Shown here one piece after another: positions 27,375-35,521 of a stretch of 64,000 nucleotides of DNA (its first letter is position 1; each line of letters opens with the position of its first letter). This DNA is from a virus. The notes beneath the pieces are model-generated. The model had not been told where the DNA came from, ran no database searches, and saw only the letters and a list, made by a program, of their open reading frames with translations. Location of the stretch: positions 2,596 to 66,595 of IMG/VR virus record IMGVR_UViG_3300013772_000006; one strand, 5' to 3'. The translations under genes and the position numbers were made by a program.

Positions 27375-29284
27375 ACGCCTTTTGTTCTTGGATTTTCGAA
27401 ACGTACTTTGATGATGAGTATTCCCTGCGTAAGATGCCGACGCCTAACTATATCTTCGACAAGCGCTGGGAAATGATCTGTTGCGCGGTTAAAGAGGACC
27501 TGGGCCGGCCAACTGTAATTGATGGCCCGGACTTTCCGGCGTTCATTAAAGGCTTTGATCCCGCCCACACGACAACGGTCACCTTCAATTCGCTCTTTGA
27601 CAACTCGATCTTGGCATGGCGCTATGGCTTTGTGCCACACCGCATGATCGACAGCATGGGCATGGCGCGAACCCTGCGCGGTCACCTGTTGCCCCGTGCT
27701 GATCTTGGCACGGTGGCAAAGCACCTGGGCCTAGGGGACAAGGGTAACACGCTGCTCAAGGTCAAAGGGATGCACCGCGCCCAGATGATTGGGCATCAAT
27801 ATCATATCGAAGGAACCGGCAACGCTGGCCCACCTGGCGAGCTCTGGGACGAGTTCAAGCGTTACGCCATACAAGACGTTGAACTGTGCGCCGGTATATT
27901 CTATAAGCTGTGGCCTGAGTTTCCCGCTGCCGAAGCCAAGATCATGGATCTGGTGCTGCGCTGCACGATCGAACCGCGGTTCGCGGTCAATATGAAGATG
28001 CTCACCGAACACCTGGCGGACGTACGCGCCGATAAGAAAGACTTGCTCGCCGCCAGCGGTGTATCGCGCGAGGATCTTATGTCTGGTCCAAAGTTTCAGA
28101 AGGTGCTCGAGAGCCTAGGCGTCGAGGTTGAAATGAAGCCCTCACCCAAAGAGGGGCGGCCGGACCTCCCCGCGATCGCCAAGTCTGATGGCTTCATGGC
28201 TGAGTTGCTCGAGCACGAGGATGAACGGGTGCGGGCCGCGGCCGAAGCGCGGCTTGGGTTCAAGTCGACGCTCGAGGAAACTCGTGCAGCTAAGCTGTTG
28301 AGCATTGGGCTCTTACCGTGGCCGAACGGTGGCCCAATGCCGGTCCCATTACGATATGGCGGTGCCCATACGCATCGCCTGAGCGGCGAATGGGGCATGA
28401 ATATGCAGAACCTTCCCACGGCCCGTGGCAGCAAAGGCAAATCCAAGCTACGCAGTGCCTTGATAGCGCCGTCGGGCCACGTTGTGTGTGCCGCGGACCT
28501 AGGACAGATTGAAGCACGGCTAACCGCGTGGATCTGTGGCGATACAGAGCTATTGAAACAATTCGCGGATAACCTTGACCCCTATGCGATTCTGGCCGGT
28601 CAGATCTTCGGTTATAAGGTCGATCCCAAGGTTCACAAGGCCGAACGGTTCATCGGCAAGACCGGGGTTTTAGGCCTTGGTTATGGTGCTGGCGTCCCCA
28701 AATTCCACAATATGGTTATCGCTGACTCCCGTAAATATGATATAGACCTCAAAGGCATGTGGACCTATGAGCTCGCCGAGCGTACGGTGGCCACCTACCG
28801 CAAGGCCCGCCGTGCCATTGTACATAACGGCTGGTATAAGCTGGACCGGATCATCGCCAGTGCATGGGTTGGCAAGTCGGGCCCGGTCAAGTTTGGCCCC
28901 TGTGTGATCAGCTATGGTACGATTTCCCTACCCAACGGGCTCTCGCTTAACTATGCCGATCCGCACTGGGATGCGGATACCCAAGAGTTCTGGTACCGAT
29001 ATGGCCGACGCCGGCACAAGATCTATGGTGCCAAGGCGCTCGAGAATATCGTGCAGGGCCTGTCCCGTATCGTGGTGATGAACGACGCGCTACGTATTAA
29101 CGAAAAGGGTTACCGGTTTTGTTTACAGGGTCATGACGAGCTTGTCTTCCTGATCCCGGACGCCGAGCTTGACAAGGCCAAGCAAATTATACATACTGAA
29201 ATGGTCAGAAGACCCTCCTGGGCCCCGGGCTTACCACTTAAGGCTGAGGTAGGTTCGGGGCCTTCATATGGAGAAGCGAAATGA
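27367..29284 (+). CDS. Family A DNA polymerase (+1 frameshift near the N-terminus)
   Basis: Motif A ADLGQIEAR, motif B RFIGKTGVLGLGYG, motif C HDE, RLSG..NMQNLP. ExoI LDFETY is split between frames at 27394-27397. Confidence 0.92.
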
Positions 29285-29381
29285 GTGATTTCCTAGGTGC
29301 TTTGTTAATTTGCGTGGGAATTATTATTATAACGTTGGCAACGGGTGTGTCAGCGGCTTGGTTATTGCACGCGGGTATCTC

Positions 29382-29708
29382 ATGAAGGTATACCTCGCCG
29401 GCCCGATGCGCGGGATCCCCAAGTTTAACAAGCCGCTCTTTCGGCGCGGCGAGAAGATGCTTAAGAAACAAGGTTACACGGTCTTCAATCCGGCCGCTAA
29501 AGGGATTGAAAAGAAATTAGGGAAGGCACCTGATCTACAGGAGAACCTGGCCTTCCGCCGCAAAGTGTTCGCGCTTGATTGCGCGTGGATCTGTCAACAC
29601 GCCGATGCGGTGGCTCTGCTACCAGGTTGGCGAAAGAGTTTAGGCGCCAAAGCCGAACGGGCTTTGGCTAAAGCAATAGGGTTGGAGGTTTTTAATGTCG
29701 AAATATGA
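29382..29708 (+). CDS. DUF4406 / nucleoside 2-deoxyribosyltransferase-like protein
   Basis: KVYLAGPMRG...FNPA...LLPGWRKSLGAKAE. Confidence 0.8.
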   Translation: MKVYLAGPMRGIPKFNKPLFRRGEKMLKKQGYTVFNPAAKGIEKKLGKAPDLQENLAFRRKVFALDCAWICQHADAVALLPGWRKSLGAKAERALAKAIGLEVFNVEI

Positions 29709-30213
29709 TTATGATCTAGGATGCGGTAAGGCCGACAACCAACGGACCAGTGCCGATGTGGGGCCAACCTCTTTTCTGCCATCCGATGCCAGCGCCCGGA
29801 AAGCCATCCCTGTTGCTACGGGATGCCTAGATTACTTTCCCACGGCCCTTGCCGCGGTGGCGGAGGTGTCGCGTGTTGGTAATGACCAACATAATCCAGG
29901 AAAGCCGCTACATTGGGACCGCGCAAAGTCCACCGACGAGGCCGATTGCCTCATACGGCATTTCCTGGAGCGCGGTACTATCGATACGGATGGCGTGCGC
30001 CACAGTGCCAAGGTGGCATGGCGGGCCCTTGCGTTGCTCGAGAAGGAAATCGAGGCCGAGCTGTTGGTGCCAATAGAAGGGAAACCGGGCGGCCAGCTCG
30101 AAACTGTGCGTCGCGAATTTGCTCGGGATCGCGCTCGTCCTATTAGCACGATGACCGAAGACGAGCTATTGGAGGCTCTTACGCCCGAAGAGCGGGATCG
30201 GAACACGGCTTAA
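29695..30213 (+). CDS. DUF5664 dATP/dGTP diphosphohydrolase-like protein
   Basis: FPTALAAVAEVS..G...W......D...RH......D.DG..H....AW.AL. Confidence 0.7.
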   Translation: MSKYDYDLGCGKADNQRTSADVGPTSFLPSDASARKAIPVATGCLDYFPTALAAVAEVSRVGNDQHNPGKPLHWDRAKSTDEADCLIRHFLERGTIDTDGVRHSAKVAWRALALLEKEIEAELLVPIEGKPGGQLETVRREFARDRARPISTMTEDELLEALTPEERDRNTA

Positions 30214-30214
30214 C

Positions 30215-30910
30215 ATGGGCATGACGACTAACCATATAAAAAAGGCGTTCGCGTGGAGCTACAGCGGGCTAAAGGCGTACGAAACCTGTCCTCTGCAGTG
30301 GCAGCAGGTTCAGCTACTCAAGAACTTCAAGGGTACCGAGGGCCCCGAGTTACTGTGGGGTAACCGTGTCCACCATGCCATGCATAAGACGCTTAAGAGC
30401 GACGGTAAGGTACCGCTCCCCGATGAAATGCTTACCTATCAGGGATGGGTTGATAGCCTACTCGCGTTACCGGGTCACCATTACGTGGAGCAGAAATATG
30501 CGATCACTAAGGACTTTGCCCCGTGCGAGTATTTCGCACATAATGTGTGGTACCGCGGGATTGGTGATTTTGTTGTTGTGGACGGTACTAACGCTCTTGT
30601 ACTAGACTGGAAAACGGGTAAGGTGCTTGACGACCATGTGCAACTCATGCTAATGGCCCAGCTGATCTTCTCGCACTTTTCTAAGGTGCAAAGTGTCCAG
30701 GCGCAGTTCGTGTGGCTCAAGTTCGACACGACAAGCGAGCGCGAGGTTACGCGCCAGGACATCGCGGACAACTGGATCGGACTGATGGATCGGGTTCATT
30801 CGATGCAAGAGGCCTACGAGACGGACGTGTTCATACCGCAGCCAAGTGGTCTGTGCCGCAAGCATTGCCCAGTGCAATCGTGCCAGTATTGGGGCAAGGG
30901 AGCGTACTAA
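30215..30910 (+). CDS. Cas4-like PD-(D/E)XK exonuclease
   Basis: WSYS...CP, G..VH, VEQK, GIGD, DWKTGK, QL; C-terminal C..HCPV..C. Confidence 0.85.
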   Translation: MGMTTNHIKKAFAWSYSGLKAYETCPLQWQQVQLLKNFKGTEGPELLWGNRVHHAMHKTLKSDGKVPLPDEMLTYQGWVDSLLALPGHHYVEQKYAITKDFAPCEYFAHNVWYRGIGDFVVVDGTNALVLDWKTGKVLDDHVQLMLMAQLIFSHFSKVQSVQAQFVWLKFDTTSEREVTRQDIADNWIGLMDRVHSMQEAYETDVFIPQPSGLCRKHCPVQSCQYWGKGAY

Positions 30911-31192
30911 TGTATAGCCAGGTCACGGTCACAGTGTTGGTTTTAGCGGTCATCGCCCTTGGCTGTGTTGGCTTGGCGATCGTTTTCAATGGTGCAACCG
31001 ATGAGGATGATTACACGCTATGACAACAGCGCTGTTTTGGTCGTTCTATCTCGCGGTCGGGGTGATCACCCTGGTCTTCGCGTTGTTCAGCTACGAGTTC
31101 CTCGAGGGAACCAGCTGGTGGCGTAAGGTGTTAGCTGTTGTATTTGCGGTCATATTGTGGCCGGTCTTGCTGGTTATACTGATATTCTTCTC

Positions 31193-31642
31193 ATGACACC
31201 CAAACAACGAGCAAAATGGCTGGCTGGTCGAACTACCCACGGCGCTTATGCCGGGGGGAAAGAAACTACCGAACACGCGATTTGGCGTGGTATGCTTGCG
31301 CGTTGTACTAATGAAAATTGTAAATCTTATCCTTATTATGGCGGTCTGGGGGTGCAGGTTTGTGTGCGATGGCTCGCGTTTGAAAACTTTTTAGCCGATA
31401 TGGGGTCGCGCCCGCCTGGATTACAAATTGATCGGTATCCGGACGTGTTTGGTAATTATGAGCCTGCCAATTGTAGGTGGACCACACATAGTGAACAGCA
31501 GCGCCACAAACGTACTACCCGGCTGCATGCTTGGGAGGAGGACAATATTTGTTTGGTGGAGTGGGCTCGCCGGGCTGGAATAAGTAAAGAGTTAGCTTGG
31601 TACCGGCTCAAGCAAGTTGAGGGTGCTTATGCCAACTCCTGA
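31193..31642 (+). CDS. HNH homing endonuclease
   Basis: W.GM..RC...YGG.G..VC.RW..FENFLADMG...IDR.....NYEPANCRW. Confidence 0.85.
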   Translation: MTPKQRAKWLAGRTTHGAYAGGKETTEHAIWRGMLARCTNENCKSYPYYGGLGVQVCVRWLAFENFLADMGSRPPGLQIDRYPDVFGNYEPANCRWTTHSEQQRHKRTTRLHAWEEDNICLVEWARRAGISKELAWYRLKQVEGAYANS

Positions 31643-31925
31643 AAATAAGATCAAGGCGCGGCTGAAACGGGCCCTTGTTCCGTTTGGGGCAAAGATATAT
31701 CAATTCTGGCCAGTGCAAACCGGGTATGGGAAGAAGACCCTAGACTGCTTGCTATGTGTCCACGGCCAGTTTATCGCGATCGAGACAAAGGCGCCGGGTA
31801 AAACGATGACGGCGCTCCAAGTGGAAACCGCTTGCCAGATCATAGTTGCGGGTGGTAAGGTGTTCCTAGTCGACGGTCCCGATGGGATCGACCGTGTAGT
31901 TGGATACATCCTTAGCCTAATATGA
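31629..31925 (+). CDS. VRR-NUC domain nuclease
   Basis: TPE..IK...LD...FIAIETKAPGK..T.LQ...GG. Confidence 0.85.
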   Translation: MPTPENKIKARLKRALVPFGAKIYQFWPVQTGYGKKTLDCLLCVHGQFIAIETKAPGKTMTALQVETACQIIVAGGKVFLVDGPDGIDRVVGYILSLI

Positions 31926-33493
31926 CAGTCATTAGATCGAAGGCAAACAAGGCCGTTCTCGTGTCGGCCACGACGGCGACCTGTAACCTTTTTCCAGAGG
32001 CGCCACGGATACATGTAGATACGGCGTTTCGGACGGTGAGTGACTACCATCTGGCGCTGCCTCACGATCTCGATACGGCTGCAAAGCTTTCCGCCATAGG
32101 TATAAGGATCCCACACCCGATGCTGACCCACTATGATTGGCCCGGTTCGAAAAAGCCGTTCAAGGTGCAACGAACGACCTGTGCCATGGCGACGTCGCAT
32201 CCACGCTCCTATATTCTCAATGATATGGGTACCGGCAAGACGCTGGCGGTTCTATGGGCATGGGATTATTTGCGCCGCGAAGGCTTGGCCAATAAGCTGC
32301 TGGTGGTCTGCAAGCTGTCTAATATGTCGTTCACCTGGCGTCGCGAGGCGTTCGCCGCGTTGCCCAAGGTCAAGGTGGCAATCTTGCACGGCTCGAGGGC
32401 TACCCGTCTGGCGCGGTTGAACGATCCCGAGGCCCAGATCTTCGTGGTCAATCACGATGGCCTGCGGGTGATCGAGAAAGAGCTCGCCGCTCGCACCGAT
32501 ATAGACGCGATGGCGATCGATGAACTCGCCGCCTACCGCAATCAATCCCTGCGATCGAAGAGCATGCGCAAGTTCGCCGAGCGGTTCAAGTACGTGTGGG
32601 GTATGACCGGCCGCCCCATGCCGAACTCGCCGACTGACGTGTGGGGTCAATGTAAGATCGTGACCCCTACCACCGTGCCGAAATATTTCAATCAGGCGCG
32701 TGATATGTTGATGATCCGCAAGAGCCAATTCGTGTGGGTACCCAAACATAACGCGATCGAGACGGCGTTCAACATGATGCGGCCACAGACCCGGTTTAGC
32801 CTTGACGAGGTCACCGAGTTGCCGGACGTTATCTACCGCACATTGGATGTAGCCCTCAGCACTGAGCAGGATCAAGTGTACAAGAAGATGGTGCGCGAGT
32901 TTCGCGTGATGGTGCAGGAGAAGGTGATAACCGCGGTCAATGCCGGCGCTGCCATGCAGAAGCTTTTGCAGGTATCGTGTGGTTACGTGTACACGACCAA
33001 CCCGGATCATGTGGTGCTGGACAGTAAGCCGCGCAAAGACGTGCTCCTCGAGCTCATTGAAGAGACAGAACGCAAGCTGCTGGTCTTCGTGCCGTTCCGC
33101 CATGCGCTAGCCGGGTTATCAGAGTTGCTAACCTTGGAGAAGGTTGACCATGCTCAAGTACACGGCGGCACGACGGATCGCGATCAAATCTTTAACCTAT
33201 TCCAAAACACTGATAAATATAAGGTTTTGCTCGCTCATCCCCAATGTTTGGCCCACGGTTTAACGTTAACAGCAGCGAACACCATCATCTGGTATTGCCC
33301 CACAGCCTCACTTGAGCTATATGAACAAGCGAACGCCCGTATTCGCCGCGTAGGCCAGGAACACAAGCAACAGGTGCTGCATTTGCAGGGGACACCGATT
33401 GAGAAGCGTATATATCAATTGTTGCAGAGGAAGCAGAAAGTACAGGATCAATTTCTTAAGATGCTCGAGAATGCCACACAAGGAGTAGTATGA
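31922..33493 (+). CDS. SNF2-family DEAD/H helicase
   Basis: DMGTGKT, IDE, MTGRP, GLTLT, QANARIRRVGQ. Confidence 0.9.
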   Translation: MTVIRSKANKAVLVSATTATCNLFPEAPRIHVDTAFRTVSDYHLALPHDLDTAAKLSAIGIRIPHPMLTHYDWPGSKKPFKVQRTTCAMATSHPRSYILNDMGTGKTLAVLWAWDYLRREGLANKLLVVCKLSNMSFTWRREAFAALPKVKVAILHGSRATRLARLNDPEAQIFVVNHDGLRVIEKELAARTDIDAMAIDELAAYRNQSLRSKSMRKFAERFKYVWGMTGRPMPNSPTDVWGQCKIVTPTTVPKYFNQARDMLMIRKSQFVWVPKHNAIETAFNMMRPQTRFSLDEVTELPDVIYRTLDVALSTEQDQVYKKMVREFRVMVQEKVITAVNAGAAMQKLLQVSCGYVYTTNPDHVVLDSKPRKDVLLELIEETERKLLVFVPFRHALAGLSELLTLEKVDHAQVHGGTTDRDQIFNLFQNTDKYKVLLAHPQCLAHGLTLTAANTIIWYCPTASLELYEQANARIRRVGQEHKQQVLHLQGTPIEKRIYQLLQRKQKVQDQFLKMLENATQGVV

Positions 33494-33494
33494 C

Positions 33495-33908
33495 ATGACA
33501 CAAGACATACAAGCTAAGGTACCAGTGAAGGTAGACAAGTACGTCCAGATGTACGTCGCCCTCCGTGATAAGATAAAATTAATGGATGACGAGTACAAAG
33601 CCGGGAAGAAAGAGTTCACCGATCAGATGGATCAGATCGAGGGTGTGCTACAAGCCGCACTCGAGAAGACTGGTAGCGAAGGTATCAAGACGAAATTCGG
33701 CTCGGTGTACCTATCTACCAAGGTCACCGCGGCCCTTGCCGACCCCGAGGCGTTTATGGACTTTGTTATCAAGAATGAACTGTTCGAATTGCTTGACAGA
33801 AGGGCTAGTTCTGTGGCATGTAGAGACTATGCCGAAGAGCACAAAGCACCGCCCCCGGGCTGTAATCTCAATTCGTTCACGTCCGTGAACGTTCGCCGCC
33901 CAACGTAG
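33495..33908 (+). CDS. Conserved replication-module coiled-coil protein
   Basis: AAGGAG RBS; position between helicase and SSB-like gene. Confidence 0.65.
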   Translation: MTQDIQAKVPVKVDKYVQMYVALRDKIKLMDDEYKAGKKEFTDQMDQIEGVLQAALEKTGSEGIKTKFGSVYLSTKVTAALADPEAFMDFVIKNELFELLDRRASSVACRDYAEEHKAPPPGCNLNSFTSVNVRRPT

Positions 33909-33917
33909 GAGGGCCTA

Positions 33918-35081
33918 ATGGCTCAAGAGCTCGAAACCTTTAAATCATCTAAACCCGCCGCGGCGTTCGCCTCGTTGGGTGGTGAAAAGCATGAAAGCCT
34001 TGCCGATGGTATCGGCCAGGGATACGCTGTTATCGGGTACAAGGGAAAAAACTGGACCATCCGTCACGATGGCGAGTCCTACCCGTTCACCCGCACTATC
34101 GAAAACGATGATGGTGAAAAGGAAGTCACGCCGATGAGCTACATCGACGTTATCATTCTTCGGTCGGCCCCGTCCAAGTCCAAATCGTTCTATCCTAAAA
34201 AGGAAGAGGGCGGTGGCTACGATCCGGAGTCGTCCGCCGGCCGGCGCCCGGACTGTGCATCATTGGACGGGATCCTACCGGACGATGACGTACCGAAGAA
34301 ACAGGCCGAGTCGTGTGGGGTGTGTCCGCGCAACGTCTGGAAGACCATGCCGAACGGTAAGAAGGGTCAGGACTGCACCGACTACAAGCGGCTCGCCGTC
34401 TGTGTCTTGCCGTCTCTAGCCGCGCGTATCATGGGTCACCCGTTTCAGGAGCCCGCGTTCCTGCGGATACCGCCAGCATCGTTAGGTGGCCTCGCCAAGT
34501 TCGGTGAACGTATGGATGGGATGGGGTTCCACTACTCGACCTTCGTCACCCGGATCAGCTTCGATCCGGATGAACCACATCCGAAATTCATCTACACCGA
34601 ACGGGTGAAGCTGACGGATAAGGAAGCCCCGTTCGTCCTTGAAATGCGGGAGAGTGCGATCGCTCGCCGCATTACGGGTGAAGATAGCCACACCGGTGCA
34701 GTCGCGAGGCTGGCACAGGCACAACGCCTTTTAGCACTTGCCTCGCCTGCGGAAAAACAGGAGGCCATCCAAGAGCCGGCCCGCCCAGAGCCGCTTTTGG
34801 CCGCCCGTACCCCGCCGAACACCCAAACAACAAACTTCCCGGATACTGCGACTACTGCATCCCCTTCTAAAAAGCCGAAGAAGAAACCGGTGGAGGATGA
34901 AGAGGCAGCCACCGGGTTCACGGTGCTCGAGAGTGTTAGCACGGCCGAAGACCTTACGGTTGCCGCGGTACCGTCGAAGGCTGCGGTGACCCAGACCGCC
35001 GAGGATACCGGCGAGGTTGTCGAGGCTGACGCCGAACTGGAGAAAAAGGTCAACGCGCTGTTGGCTAAAAATAAAAAGTAA
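33918..35081 (+). CDS. Putative ssDNA-binding/annealing protein
   Basis: Cys motif PDCAS...CGVCPRN...C, acidic low-complexity C-terminus, replication context. Confidence 0.55.
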   Translation: MAQELETFKSSKPAAAFASLGGEKHESLADGIGQGYAVIGYKGKNWTIRHDGESYPFTRTIENDDGEKEVTPMSYIDVIILRSAPSKSKSFYPKKEEGGGYDPESSAGRRPDCASLDGILPDDDVPKKQAESCGVCPRNVWKTMPNGKKGQDCTDYKRLAVCVLPSLAARIMGHPFQEPAFLRIPPASLGGLAKFGERMDGMGFHYSTFVTRISFDPDEPHPKFIYTERVKLTDKEAPFVLEMRESAIARRITGEDSHTGAVARLAQAQRLLALASPAEKQEAIQEPARPEPLLAARTPPNTQTTNFPDTATTASPSKKPKKKPVEDEEAATGFTVLESVSTAEDLTVAAVPSKAAVTQTAEDTGEVVEADAELEKKVNALLAKNKK

Positions 35082-35092
35082 AGTGTAGCTAG

Positions 35093-35521
35093 ATGAACCC
35101 CGGCCCTGCATGGTGTAAATATCATGGCATAGATCCGCGCTTATACTGGGCCTGGAGTACTATGCGGCGACGCTGTCTTGATCCCGCGAACCATCATTAT
35201 AAATGGTATGGTGGACGCGGGATAAAGATATGCCCGCGGTGGGTTCGCTTTGCGGCGTTTGCCGAGGATATGGGTCCGCATCCAGGAAAGGGGTGGACGC
35301 TAGATCGAAAAAAGACTAGTAGAGGGTATTTTAAGGCAAACTGTCGGTGGGCCACAATGGCAACCCAAAACCGTAATAAAACCAACAATAAGCTTACCGT
35401 CGCTGCGGTTCAGGATATTCGATCACGATTTAAAAAAGGTCTAGGGCCGACGCTAGCAAAAGAATTTAATGTAAGTAAAGTACTTATTTATATGGTGGTT
35501 CATGGGGCGGTTTGGAAATGA
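35093..35521 (+). CDS. HNH homing endonuclease with C-terminal HTH
   Basis: YGGRGIKIC.RW..F..DMG...TLDR...GYFKANCRWAT...QNRN. Confidence 0.85.
   Translation: MNPGPAWCKYHGIDPRLYWAWSTMRRRCLDPANHHYKWYGGRGIKICPRWVRFAAFAEDMGPHPGKGWTLDRKKTSRGYFKANCRWATMATQNRNKTNNKLTVAAVQDIRSRFKKGLGPTLAKEFNVSKVLIYMVVHGAVWK

Noticed and set aside
29695-30213. 2-aminoadenine (Z) genome pathway
   Set aside because: No purZ or datZ homolog recognised in the window.
32252-33103. 283-aa - strand ORF (also 38435-39103)
   Set aside because: Antisense to well-supported helicase/protease genes; typical of high-GC3 coding DNA.
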